Made by a program: the position numbers and the translations under genes
Assembly: GCA_964637365.1 (NCBI GenBank)
Contig: CAZWWH010000001.1
Span: 64,406 to 128,405, forward strand
From: an uncultured Peptococcaceae bacterium
GTDB lineage: Bacteria > Bacillota > Dehalobacteriia > UBA7702
Length of the DNA: 64,000 bases
Direction of reading: 5' to 3'
In this document: positions 17,029 through 27,067 of the stretch, in pieces
Position numbering within the stretch: the first letter of the stretch is position 1
Layout of the letters: each line of letters starts with the position of its first letter
The notes under the pieces: model-generated
The model's database searches: none
What the model was told of the DNA's origin: nothing
The model's input: only the letters and a program-made list of their open reading frames with translations

Positions 17029-18666
17029 TTACAGGGCTCCCATGCCCATAATGACCTGAATCAGGGCAATAATCACGCCGACTACCGCTTCACCGCCTAA
17101 AAGACCTGAAGCCACAATAAGGCCGGTACCATTGGTACCCCACTGAGGTTTTACCTTATCCAAAATCAGCTTCACCATGCCGCCAAGGAAAGCGGTAAAG
17201 GACAAGTAAAAAGGCAAATAAATCCCAAGGCCCAAAGTCATGACCGGCAAACCAATGACATAAAGAATCACACCGGCAGCCAAGCCAATCCAGAAAGCGG
17301 GAAGATTGGGAATCCCCCCAACCATGGCAGCCACAACCCCGGCTTGAGGAGCTGGCAAATCAGGACTACCAAAAGCGGAAACGCCATAGGCTTTGATGAG
17401 AATAAACAAAATGCCAATAGAAACCACAGAACCAATAAGGCCGCCAATGACTTCTCCAAACCATTGAGCTTTCGGATTCGATTTCACAATATAGCCGGTT
17501 TTAAAGTCGTTCATCACGTCCCCTACCAAGCCGCAGGCAACCGCCACAATGGCCGCCACGAAAAAGGCTTCGGTCTGTCCGATATTGCTGGCTACCTTAG
17601 CAGCCAAAAGAACAATTACGCCAAAGACCTCCATGGGATTGATGCCAGATTGCCCCACAATTTGAGCCGACATGGAAGTGGCGATCCATACGCCGAGAAT
17701 GGTAATGATACTGGCGATGATTCCCATATCCAGGGCAAAGGTAAAGACAAAGGCTAAAATCACCATAACAAAGGGCGCCCAGCGAAGATTTACAATACCA
17801 TCAGACATCCGTTTTTTGGAAAACATGGGACCAAAAATCGCTTTGGCCTGGGGCAAAATTCCTTTCACAATAATACCGACACCGGTACCTACCATCACTC
17901 CCATACCTAGGCTGGATTTGATGCCAGCCGCCGCGGTCATGTCCCAAAAGCCAAGTTGGGTACCGCCGAAGACCACACCGATATCACCGATGAGGGCTCC
18001 AATAAACCAAACGATGAGAAACAACGGCCCCACTAAATACCCCACCGACAGCATCATGGGAGACATATAAAGGCCGAAGGTAACACCGGGAATGGCAATG
18101 CCGCCCGTAACCAATGCGGGAATTTTCCCAAACCAATCGCGGATTACCGTCCAAACAGCGGCAAAGCCCATGGAACCGAAAAGGACTCCCGATTTTTTGC
18201 CTCCCTGGTCGCCGATGATAAGGGTTTCCGCCGCAGCTTGTCCCATGGGATAAGGCAGCTCTTTTACTTCAATAAAGTATTTCCGAATCAACGCCGTAAA
18301 AATCAGCCCCAAGATTACGCCGCCCATGGACACAATGACCAAAGGCCAATAGTCCACGACAGCTTCAGGGTTGAGCATCCAAATACCGGGAATGGTAAAG
18401 GCAATACCGCCAGCCACCATGGCCCCGGCAGACATCACCGTATGGGTCACGTTGATTTCATTGATGTTGGTATGGCCACATATTTTCAAAGAAAACATAG
18501 AAACCAGAGCCACGAAAATAATAGGCCATGGAAGGGCTCCCATCTTCAAAGCCACATACATGGAAGACGTAGTGATAATCACTGCACCGATGATGCCAAT
18601 GATCATCCCACGGAGCGTAAATTGCTCTTTAAAGCTTTTTGCGTACTGTACCTCTTTTTCTGACAT
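17029..18666 (-). CDS. OPT-family oligopeptide transporter
   Basis: Polytopic membrane protein of about 545 aa with the typical bacterial OPT architecture; start chosen at MSEKEVQ, preceded by AAAGGGGG. Confidence 0.7.
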   Translation of the reverse strand: MSEKEVQYAKSFKEQFTLRGMIIGIIGAVIITTSSMYVALKMGALPWPIIFVALVSMFSLKICGHTNINEINVTHTVMSAGAMVAGGIAFTIPGIWMLNPEAVVDYWPLVIVSMGGVILGLIFTALIRKYFIEVKELPYPMGQAAAETLIIGDQGGKKSGVLFGSMGFAAVWTVIRDWFGKIPALVTGGIAIPGVTFGLYMSPMMLSVGYLVGPLFLIVWFIGALIGDIGVVFGGTQLGFWDMTAAAGIKSSLGMGVMVGTGVGIIVKGILPQAKAIFGPMFSKKRMSDGIVNLRWAPFVMVILAFVFTFALDMGIIASIITILGVWIATSMSAQIVGQSGINPMEVFGVIVLLAAKVASNIGQTEAFFVAAIVAVACGLVGDVMNDFKTGYIVKSNPKAQWFGEVIGGLIGSVVSIGILFILIKAYGVSAFGSPDLPAPQAGVVAAMVGGIPNLPAFWIGLAAGVILYVIGLPVMTLGLGIYLPFYLSFTAFLGGMVKLILDKVKPQWGTNGTGLIVASGLLGGEAVVGVIIALIQVIMGMGAL

Positions 18667-18829
18667 AGCGACCCCCTTTAATTTTATTTGTCGTTTGATA
18701 CCCCTTAACGACATACCACCATATTTTCTTCCATATCTTCAAATTATATGAATTATAGCGGAAAGTCGTAGGTTTTACAAGGCTAATTTTTTGACGATTC
18801 TTTCAAATTGCGGATTTTACCAAAATAAA

Positions 18830-18862
18830 GTGGGCCGCCTGTTTACAGCAGGCGGCCCATAT
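18830..18862 (-). terminator. Intrinsic terminator
   Basis: gggccgcctgtttacagcaggcggccc hairpin plus a T-rich tail on the minus strand. Confidence 0.7.
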
Positions 18863-18866
18863 TATC

Positions 18867-19412
18867 TTATTCCTTGATTTCCTGGTTTATTTCATCAGGC
18901 GATTTCTCTTCTACACTTGGAGTTTTTGCCGGTGTAGGCTCCACGGGAATTTCAATCCCGGAAAAGTCGTCCCCTTCTTCCTCGGTATCTGCGGCGGCAA
19001 CCTCAGCTTCATCCTTTTTCTGAGACTCTTCTTCCACCACCGGTTCCATGGCCGTAACGACCACTTCCTCTTCTGGAACAGAGAAACCAGAGGAATCCTC
19101 CTCAACACTACCTCCTTTGGTCCATTCAATCTTCCCTTTTAACTCTTCAATTTCCTCAAGACAGGCTGTTATCGCTTGGCATTGCTCGGCAACAAAGTCA
19201 GGATAGGAACCGGATTCAGCGCAGGATTCATAAAAGGCTTTACCGATTTGGAAATAAAGGTCTTCAATTTTTCGCTCCTGGCTGCTGATTTTAATTTTCA
19301 GCTTGCCTATTTCCGCAACCTCCGAACCTTTTTCCACAGCGACCTCCGCCACTTGAGAAACTTTATTCATAGCTTTGGCTGCTTGCTTTTTTAAAAAATC
19401 AAAATTTGCCAT
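18867..19412 (-). CDS. Hypothetical acidic protein (coiled-coil N-terminus, Glu-rich C-terminus)
   Basis: Start MANFDFLKK preceded by GGAGG; no family recognised. Confidence 0.45.
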   Translation of the reverse strand: MANFDFLKKQAAKAMNKVSQVAEVAVEKGSEVAEIGKLKIKISSQERKIEDLYFQIGKAFYESCAESGSYPDFVAEQCQAITACLEEIEELKGKIEWTKGGSVEEDSSGFSVPEEEVVVTAMEPVVEEESQKKDEAEVAAADTEEEGDDFSGIEIPVEPTPAKTPSVEEKSPDEINQEIKE

Positions 19413-19511
19413 ATCATCGCCTCCTACTTTATCATACTCCGAATCAACAAGAAAAAGCAATCAATTCTTCATTGTTTTTTTGTGTCCATTTTGGAACCAT
19501 ATCCCGAAATA

Positions 19512-21011
19512 CTAATTAATTTTCATTGTGCCAGTATCCTTGAACCGCTGATGCCATGATAATGCCTCATTAAGGATATGAGGTGTTTGCATCGGTCCTT
19601 CCTTACTAGACCGTTCAAAATAGTCACGCAGCATATCCTTATAATCGGGATGAGCACAGTTTTCAATGATTTGCACAGCCCGTTCTCTGGGGGTAAGTCC
19701 ACGGAGATCCGCAAAGCCATATTCGGTGACAATCACCTTGACATCATGTTCCGGATGGTCCACATGGCTAACCATCGGCACAATGGTGGAGATGAGCCCC
19801 CCCTTGGCCGTAGAGGGAGAAGCAAAGATAGAAATATAACTGTCACGGGCAAAGTCACCGGAACCGCCAAGGCCATTCATCATGGAGGAACCCATAATAT
19901 GCGTGGAGTTAACATTGCCGTAGATATCGCATTCGATGGGCGTATTGATGGCAATAACACCCAAACGACGAATTACTTCCGTATGATTGCTGATTTCCTG
20001 AGGACGCAGCACCATATATTTTTTATAGTGATTAATTTCTTTTTTCAATCGTACCAGACCGCTGGGAGTGGGAGAAATTGCTGTACCCGACACCATGGAC
20101 ACTTTACCGGCGTCAATCAAATCCATGACCGATTCTTGGATGACCTCGGTAAAGAATTCCATATTTTCAAAGGGAGCGTCCACCATCCCCGCCAATACCG
20201 CGTTAGCCACAGCGCCGACGCCACTTTGAATAGGAAGGAGATTTTTGGGTAAACGACCCTTTTTAACCTCAAAGTTAAGGAAATCCATAATATGATTGGT
20301 CATCTGATGATATACTTCATCTTCCCGCTTCATCTCACGGTGGGCATCTTGTTTGTCCGTATATACAATAGCAGCGATTTTCTTTTTGCCGCAGGGAATA
20401 TAAGGCGTTCCAATACGGTCGCCAACGTGACGAATGGGAATTACGCCGCGGTTCGGCGGATTCTTCGGCATATAAATATCATGGAGTCCATAAAAATCCA
20501 TGGAATAATCGGTATTAATTTCCACAATAACTTTATCAGCCAAACGAATGGCTTGGGGCATAATCCCCACGGAGCTGGCGGGAATAATATCGCCTTTTTC
20601 AGTAATGCCCGCAGCTTCTACAATGGCTAAATCAGGCTTCTTGAAAAAGCCATACATCATATCCTGCGGGAAGCGGCCCAAATGAATATCAGCAAAGTTA
20701 ATATCGCCGCTGTTGATCGATTTTCTCACCGAGGCGTTGGTAATGAATGGGAAACGGCGGTCAATGAGTCCGTGTTCCGCCATAGCTCCATCCAACTCCA
20801 GACCGGTAGATGCCCCGCTATAAATACTAACCTTTAATTTTTCACCAGTAGTTTTCACCCGTTCCACCAATGCTAAGGGAACTTCCTTGGGATAAGAAGA
20901 TAGAGTAAACCCGCTGACAGCAATGGTCATTCCATCCTTTACCAGCTTTGCTGCGTCTGCGGCGCTGCAAACTTTATTTTTCAGAGAATCACATAATAGA
21001 TGCTCTTCCAT
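19512..21011 (-). CDS. Acetyl-CoA hydrolase/transferase family protein (succinyl-/propionyl-CoA:acid CoA-transferase-like)
   Basis: 499 aa, two-domain CoA-transferase family III-like layout (..MTIAVSGFTLSSYP.., ..GSGDFARD..). Confidence 0.75.
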   Translation of the reverse strand: MEEHLLCDSLKNKVCSAADAAKLVKDGMTIAVSGFTLSSYPKEVPLALVERVKTTGEKLKVSIYSGASTGLELDGAMAEHGLIDRRFPFITNASVRKSINSGDINFADIHLGRFPQDMMYGFFKKPDLAIVEAAGITEKGDIIPASSVGIMPQAIRLADKVIVEINTDYSMDFYGLHDIYMPKNPPNRGVIPIRHVGDRIGTPYIPCGKKKIAAIVYTDKQDAHREMKREDEVYHQMTNHIMDFLNFEVKKGRLPKNLLPIQSGVGAVANAVLAGMVDAPFENMEFFTEVIQESVMDLIDAGKVSMVSGTAISPTPSGLVRLKKEINHYKKYMVLRPQEISNHTEVIRRLGVIAINTPIECDIYGNVNSTHIMGSSMMNGLGGSGDFARDSYISIFASPSTAKGGLISTIVPMVSHVDHPEHDVKVIVTEYGFADLRGLTPRERAVQIIENCAHPDYKDMLRDYFERSSKEGPMQTPHILNEALSWHQRFKDTGTMKIN

Positions 21012-21292
21012 GAGTTTTCCCCCTTTGAACCTTTGTCATTCATAGATGTTAATGTTTCGATTATACAACATTCGACATAATTTTGCAAATCATAAAATAC
21101 AAACATTTTTACGTTTTACATCTGGGATATTCCCCAAACGCCATTCATAAAATGAAAGGGAAAAACCGCCTTAACCACGAAAAAAACAGCGGAAAGGCGG
21201 CGTCTCTTCAATGAATTACAAATACATAGCCAAACAGATTCAGCAAAAATCTCATCCCTCAATCAATGCTTATGGAAAGAAGGCATGCTATC

Positions 21293-21571
21293 ATGATACG
21301 AATTTCGGAAATGCAGGAAAAGGATATCATCAACACCGCTGACGGCCGTTATCTGGGACGGCTGCGAGACATCGAAATTGACTTACAAGCAGGGAAAATC
21401 CGCAGCTTGGTATTACCCAATAACGGAGGCAGCGGTTTTCTCCGCCGCAAAGAACAAATTACTGTGGGCTGGCACCAAGTAAAAAAAATCGGTTTCGACG
21501 TCATTCTTATTGAGAGCTTTGGCCAGCAGGTTCCAACATACCTCTTAGAAGAACATTGCGATCAATCCTGA
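21293..21571 (+). CDS. YlmC/YmxH-family sporulation protein (PRC-barrel)
   Basis: MIRISEMQEKDIINTADGRYLGRLRDIEIDLQAGKIRSLVLP is the characteristic YlmC/YmxH sequence. Confidence 0.7.
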   Translation: MIRISEMQEKDIINTADGRYLGRLRDIEIDLQAGKIRSLVLPNNGGSGFLRRKEQITVGWHQVKKIGFDVILIESFGQQVPTYLLEEHCDQS

Positions 21572-22431
21572 GCCAGCACCTTGGCTGCTGCAGCAATATG
21601 GTAACGATCCGTACCGCAGCAGCCGCCCAGGATGCGAACGCCATGCTCTTTTAATACTGTTATGCCGCGGGCAAATGCCTCCGGCGTCATATCGTAAACA
21701 GTCTCACCCTTCACTACCTTGGGAATCCCAGCATTAGGGCAGGCAATGAGGGGGATTTCCGCTTTGGCAGCCAAAGGAGCCATCAACTCCGCCAAACGTT
21801 CAGCGGAGATATCGCCACAGTTATGGCCCAAAGACTCAATGCCCAAGGGCATCAGAGTCTCATAAGCCTGCTCCAGCGATTCGCCCATCAGCGTTGCGCC
21901 ATTATCGTTTAAGACCACAGTAGCAATGATAGGCAGATCCGAATAGCGGCGCACCGCCCGCACCGCAGCCTCCAATTCCTTTAAGCTGAAAAAGGTTTGG
22001 ATGGAGAAACCGTCAACGCCGCATTCTAACAGAACTTCGATTTGCGCCGCAAAAGCATTTTCTGCATCTTTGGGCGTCAGGGGGCCGAAGGGTTCCATCA
22101 TAAGACCGGTAGGACCGATGTTGGCCAAAACATAGGCCTTGCCGTCTGCGGACTCTTGAGCCAGGGCAACACCGCGACGATTGATCTCGGCCCAATCATA
22201 ATCGGGTATATGGTCTTTGGCGTAAATCGGATTCATACTGAAGGTACTAGCCTGAATGAGAGTGGCCCCGACTTCTACATATTCTCTTTGAATATCCCGC
22301 ACCAGGTCAGGATAAAGCAGACAGGAAAGGCCGCCGGGAACTGCGCCGCCACGTTTCATCAACTCGGAACCGGTACCGCCACAATGGAGAATGACAGATT
22401 CTTCACTCAAAAAATCTTTTAATGGTTTCAT
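21562..22431 (-). CDS. Stand-alone homocysteine S-methyltransferase-domain protein (Pfam S-methyl_trans; MetH N-terminus / BHMT / MmuM-like)
   Basis: Zinc-ligand motifs ...GHNCG... and ...GGCCGT near the C-terminus; 289 aa with no B12 or pterin domains; start chosen at MKPLKDF. Confidence 0.75.
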   Translation of the reverse strand: MKPLKDFLSEESVILHCGGTGSELMKRGGAVPGGLSCLLYPDLVRDIQREYVEVGATLIQASTFSMNPIYAKDHIPDYDWAEINRRGVALAQESADGKAYVLANIGPTGLMMEPFGPLTPKDAENAFAAQIEVLLECGVDGFSIQTFFSLKELEAAVRAVRRYSDLPIIATVVLNDNGATLMGESLEQAYETLMPLGIESLGHNCGDISAERLAELMAPLAAKAEIPLIACPNAGIPKVVKGETVYDMTPEAFARGITVLKEHGVRILGGCCGTDRYHIAAAAKVLAQD

Positions 22432-22459
22432 AGTGTCTATCCTTTCTGTGATCCAGCAA

Positions 22460-23302
22460 TTATTCCCCACACACAATCATTAAGTCTGAAAGTGTTTCAG
22501 GTTTATCTTCAGCAAATGCATAAACATCTATGGTTTGCTCTGAAAGTTGATGGAAAGCCATGAGGGCTAAAGCGGCCTTTTGTCCCAAAGCCACGGAGAA
22601 ATCATGGTTTTCGTCGGAGAAATACTGTTCCAAATCGCTTTCATCTTTGGAGGGCAAAGGACTGTTCGAAGCACCTTGGGGCAGCATCACTACGACAGAA
22701 GAATTTTCCGCCATTTGACGCAATTCTTTCATCAGAGCCTTCACAGCTCCAGGTTCAGCGGAAGCATCCAGCACCAACGGCGCCACAGTGAGTCCCGGCA
22801 TATGATACCCCAAATACGTCATCATTGCTCCTAAATCCTGAAAATCACCTAAAGCATCGTTATTTGAGACCGCCCCCAGTATTTCAAAATTATTTAAAAA
22901 CTCTCGGTTGACATTGGTAACGCCATAGGAGGTCTGCCAATTCTCATCACCGTACAGCGGTATACTACCAATACCTTGCTCAAAGCAAACCAGAATCACG
23001 GGGTCATTGCGGTGATGGGCCGCAAAAAGGGCTATAGCTTCCCCTGTCGCTTCTTTGTCATCCAGAGGATTCGCCACAATCATAGACTCAACGGAGCCTT
23101 TATAAAGCGAGGCTCCCTGGGTACCGGGTCGAAAATTTCCGGAATTACTGTAAACATCACCGTGAATGGCAGGATAGATAGGATCCACCGCAGATCCTTG
23201 CTGCTGACTATACATGGCCCAGCAAGCCACGACGCCCCAGCAAATAATCGCGAAACCTAGGAACAGGCGAATCTTAAGTTTTTGACTCATTTTACCGCTC
23301 AT
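22460..23302 (-). CDS. Membrane-anchored extracytoplasmic protein of unknown function; second gene of an operon with the 1200 aa protein
   Basis: N-terminal TM anchor; overlaps the upstream gene by 11 nt; no confident family. Confidence 0.4.
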   Translation of the reverse strand: MSGKMSQKLKIRLFLGFAIICWGVVACWAMYSQQQGSAVDPIYPAIHGDVYSNSGNFRPGTQGASLYKGSVESMIVANPLDDKEATGEAIALFAAHHRNDPVILVCFEQGIGSIPLYGDENWQTSYGVTNVNREFLNNFEILGAVSNNDALGDFQDLGAMMTYLGYHMPGLTVAPLVLDASAEPGAVKALMKELRQMAENSSVVVMLPQGASNSPLPSKDESDLEQYFSDENHDFSVALGQKAALALMAFHQLSEQTIDVYAFAEDKPETLSDLMIVCGE

Positions 23303-26300
23303 TTTCCACCATCAGTCCTTTCGATTCCACTTTTCCCAAGAGAACACCGGCAGTCAAATCATAGACATAGACAGTTCCCAACACCCCGTCAGAGGGCTGA
23401 TTGACGGTAAAACGGATCTGGGCGCTGCTGTTTTCCGTAATAGCGGTGACGTATCCGTGACCCAAAGATATTTGCTCATCCAGGAGCACCTCGACACCGT
23501 TATCGGGACTAATATAAACCAAATAAAGATTATTGGTTTTGTAAAGGCCGCTCCACTGTACGTCCAACGTGACAGTGTCCCCTACTTCACAGCGAGTAAT
23601 GGTTTTATCATCCATGAGGAAGGAAGCAGGTAATACCTCCTCGGTTTTGGGCTCGTCGGCCACCAAATAAAGATTCCCATGCTCCGCTAATTTTATTTCA
23701 TCAATTTGAATCCATCGGAGTAAGCATTGAGACATCAGATAGCGATTGGTTTGGGTAGTCATATCCACATTCATGAGATAATTCATATAAGGCTCCGCAT
23801 CCTTTCCGCCAAAGGATAAAGACAGATCCAGCATAAATAATGTCTTCATGATCGCCATCTGACCATCGTTATCGGGGAAATAGGAGGAATCACCGTCCTG
23901 ATTCAAAGATTCTTTCAACTCACGATAAAGGCTTTTGGCAATATCTCCTTCATCGGCAGCTTGGAACGCTTTGGCTAAATACAACACCGCAAGATCTGTC
24001 AGGTCTTTGCTTTGTAACAGTGCTTTCATATCATCCAAAGGAGGTTCCTGTAAGGAACTCATAATCCAAAGGCCAAGGGCTAAAATTTCCGCATCATCAC
24101 TTTTTAGGCTGCGCTCTTGAGCGTAGCTCAGCAAGGCTTCATGATTGAAAACAGCATTGTTATTATCGGTAACTATGGCGGAGAGGAGCAAATCGCCCTT
24201 CAGACCAGGCAAGCGACCAAAACTACCATCATTGTTTTGGTATTTTAACAAATTATTATCGCGATAAACCACCAAATTTCCTGCATTTTCCCCCAAAGCA
24301 GTATAAAAATCATTGCGAGCCATAACCTGGAGCAACTGGTCGCCATGAAGTAAATTCAGTTGAAAGAGCTTTTCCGCATAGGACATTATCTCTTGGGAAA
24401 CGTTATAAGACTGCCAAACCCTGTCATCCTTAGATTTCTCCTCGGTAACCTTCAAAAGGGGCTCATTTTTTCCCACAGAAAACGAGACTTCCCTGTGAAG
24501 AACCTCGCGGCCCTCCTGCACCAAAGTCAACGTTCCGCTGTAAGTTCCCGCCGCCATTTTACCCAAAGACACAGTAAAGTCCTCAGAGGCTTCTCCCTCC
24601 CAAACAGCGTCATTGCTCAAGGAAAGGCGATAGGAATCCACATCACCAATGGTATGATAGGACAAATTTACCGCACTATCTGAGGAATAGTGGGTTTTAC
24701 CATCACTCCACAGCCGTACTCCATTGGTAACGGTTACGGGAATATCCCAATAAGTTCCGCCATAATAGGGCTGAACGCCATAAACCCGCAAGAAATAGCT
24801 GCCGGGTATGGAAGGAGCTGTCAAAGACAAGGTACTATTACCATCGGCAACCATATCCATAGCCAAAAAGCCCATCGTCATAGCATCTCCAATAGAATCA
24901 CAGGACACGCCTTTTCCCAAAGCTGAACCGGCGGGATTTCCATCATAGAGGGCAGCAAAATATGAATGACTGCTGTCGTCGGGAGAGAGCTTTAATGATT
25001 CTCCCGCTTCAATGGTGATTTCCTCGGGAAGATTGAGTTGAGGTGAATCAACGATTTTGGGAATCATGGCGATATCATCACCGTCATAAGCCAAGGCGAA
25101 GTCATAATTCTTTGTAAATTCCGGCGAGGTTTCAAGAACACCATCACGAAGAGATCCATAAACAACAGCTTCACTGTTTTCAAGAGAAACTGCCATAGAA
25201 TGATCGGATTCCGGCGAGGAACCATTTTCTTGTTCAGAATTCACAATAGAATAACGGCATTCTGTCTCTAATTCGGTGCCATCACTCAGAGTAGCAGAGA
25301 ATACAACTCTTTGGTCGATGACGGGCAGGATTCCCAAGTCCATGGCATGGAAATAAAATACAGCTTCCCCGTTATCATCGGTAATGCGTTTTCCAACATC
25401 TCCCGAAGCGGTAATGGACAGACCTTCCATGGGTTTTCCCTTTTGATCCAAAGCCTGCACCGTAAAGGTGATGTCTTCACCCTTTTCATAGGAGGAAGCA
25501 TCCATAGTTACCCAAAGACAAGGCTTGTCAGATATTTCGTCACGCACCGTAAAGTTGTAAGAAGCAATAGGATTCTGACCAACATTGATTACAGCTTTCC
25601 ATTGCCCTTGGGGTAAGGAAAGCCTTTCCCATTTAACAGAAAAACAGCCTTGTTCATCCAAAGAAGCGTCAAAGGTTTTTACAATACCACTTTGATTTTC
25701 CACAGAAATGGTTACATCCTCAGATATATCCAGCGAGGGCAAGGAGGTTTTCACATAGCCAAAGAAAGTCAAATCGTCACCATTGCCAACAAGATGATTG
25801 GAAACGGTAATTTCTCCGTCATAAGCTGATGTTCCATTCTCGTCCGCAGATAAAAAGATGATCTGTTCCTGTTCCCCCCAAGAGACCCGCACCACATTTT
25901 TTTGCGGAGACAGTAAACGGTCATCCAAAGTATCATTACTCTGCATGAAGGCACAACCATTGGCATCAATATCCATAGAGGAAAATCCCCAAACCAGTGT
26001 CGCGTTTTTCAAAGGCTTACCACGGTCCAGCCCCCAATAAAGCAGATGATTGCCATCATAATAGGTATAACTTTGAATATCACTGACCGTTACAGCCACA
26101 TCCCGGCTAATACCGCCCACGGTAAGGCGCAACAAATATTGCCCCTTGCCAGGATTCTTCAGATGAAGCGCACCATTTTCCAAACTATAATCCACCTTGT
26201 TCAACCGTTTCAGCCCGGAAGTTTCTCCCTGGAAACGGCTTGCCGAAAGGTTCGCCCATTGAGGCAATGAAAAAAGCGGGAGAAAGGTCTCTATAAAGGT

Positions 26301-26894
26301 TTTACTATCGGGGCAAGACCAAAGCTTGGCCGTAACATCGGGAACCGCACCGTTGGCATCATAATAAGCAAGGGGAATTACGATTTCCTCTTCATCTTGG
26401 AAAAAAAATTGTTGCGACTCCAAATACAAAGCACTGGTGGAAGGAATCCGCAAAGTGGAATCTTGTGTTTCAAAGGAAAAAGCTACGTTTTTCTGAATCA
26501 CACTGCCGCTGCCAGGTATCTCCGTATCTTGCGCAATGGACACTTTGTAATAGGTACCGCTTTGCCAACGCTGTGGATGGAAAATGAGCTTATCCCCTAC
26601 GGCGGTCCAATTTCCTTTGGTTTTGGGAGTGATTTCCACAGCCTCAGCCGCTTCCGCTGTAACAGGACGGTTCCATTGAATCACCAAAGGCTCATTTTGT
26701 GCTACGCCGCTGAGTCCCTGGGGACTGACGGAAACCACAGATATTTCATTACCGTTGTCATAAACATCATCGAATTCCGGGAAATGATTATCGTCCCGCA
26801 AAGCAAACCAATAAATAAGAAAAGCAGCCAACACCACGATGAAACATGCGGCGCCTATAGATATGATTTTCTTGTTTCCAACTGTAAAATTCAT
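23292..26894 (-). CDS. Large (1200 aa) N-terminally anchored cell-envelope protein with Ig-like/beta-sandwich domains (possibly alpha-2-macroglobulin-like); function unknown
   Basis: Single N-terminal TM, SbsA/Big-like first domain (..SVVSVSPQGLSGVAQNEPLVIQWNRPV..), long beta-rich body; no CxEQ thioester seen. Confidence 0.45.
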   Translation of the reverse strand: MNFTVGNKKIISIGAACFIVVLAAFLIYWFALRDDNHFPEFDDVYDNGNEISVVSVSPQGLSGVAQNEPLVIQWNRPVTAEAAEAVEITPKTKGNWTAVGDKLIFHPQRWQSGTYYKVSIAQDTEIPGSGSVIQKNVAFSFETQDSTLRIPSTSALYLESQQFFFQDEEEIVIPLAYYDANGAVPDVTAKLWSCPDSKTFIETFLPLFSLPQWANLSASRFQGETSGLKRLNKVDYSLENGALHLKNPGKGQYLLRLTVGGISRDVAVTVSDIQSYTYYDGNHLLYWGLDRGKPLKNATLVWGFSSMDIDANGCAFMQSNDTLDDRLLSPQKNVVRVSWGEQEQIIFLSADENGTSAYDGEITVSNHLVGNGDDLTFFGYVKTSLPSLDISEDVTISVENQSGIVKTFDASLDEQGCFSVKWERLSLPQGQWKAVINVGQNPIASYNFTVRDEISDKPCLWVTMDASSYEKGEDITFTVQALDQKGKPMEGLSITASGDVGKRITDDNGEAVFYFHAMDLGILPVIDQRVVFSATLSDGTELETECRYSIVNSEQENGSSPESDHSMAVSLENSEAVVYGSLRDGVLETSPEFTKNYDFALAYDGDDIAMIPKIVDSPQLNLPEEITIEAGESLKLSPDDSSHSYFAALYDGNPAGSALGKGVSCDSIGDAMTMGFLAMDMVADGNSTLSLTAPSIPGSYFLRVYGVQPYYGGTYWDIPVTVTNGVRLWSDGKTHYSSDSAVNLSYHTIGDVDSYRLSLSNDAVWEGEASEDFTVSLGKMAAGTYSGTLTLVQEGREVLHREVSFSVGKNEPLLKVTEEKSKDDRVWQSYNVSQEIMSYAEKLFQLNLLHGDQLLQVMARNDFYTALGENAGNLVVYRDNNLLKYQNNDGSFGRLPGLKGDLLLSAIVTDNNNAVFNHEALLSYAQERSLKSDDAEILALGLWIMSSLQEPPLDDMKALLQSKDLTDLAVLYLAKAFQAADEGDIAKSLYRELKESLNQDGDSSYFPDNDGQMAIMKTLFMLDLSLSFGGKDAEPYMNYLMNVDMTTQTNRYLMSQCLLRWIQIDEIKLAEHGNLYLVADEPKTEEVLPASFLMDDKTITRCEVGDTVTLDVQWSGLYKTNNLYLVYISPDNGVEVLLDEQISLGHGYVTAITENSSAQIRFTVNQPSDGVLGTVYVYDLTAGVLLGKVESKGLMVENER

Positions 26895-27039
26895 GGGTCA
26901 AATCTCCATATCAGAGTTTTCTGAATATATAGATTTATTTTATCACAATTCATACAATTTTCCAATGAAAAACCATGGTTTTTTCGTGAAAGCCTTATGA
27001 TATTGTTCCAATCCCTTTATTTTTCTCCGTTAGAAAAAA

Positions 27040-27065
27040 TACCGACTGCTTTCGCAGTCGGTATG
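27040..27065 (-). terminator. Intrinsic terminator of the nfeD-floA operon
   Basis: ccgactgcgaaagcagtcgg hairpin plus a T-run on the minus strand. Confidence 0.75.
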
Positions 27066-27067
27066 AT

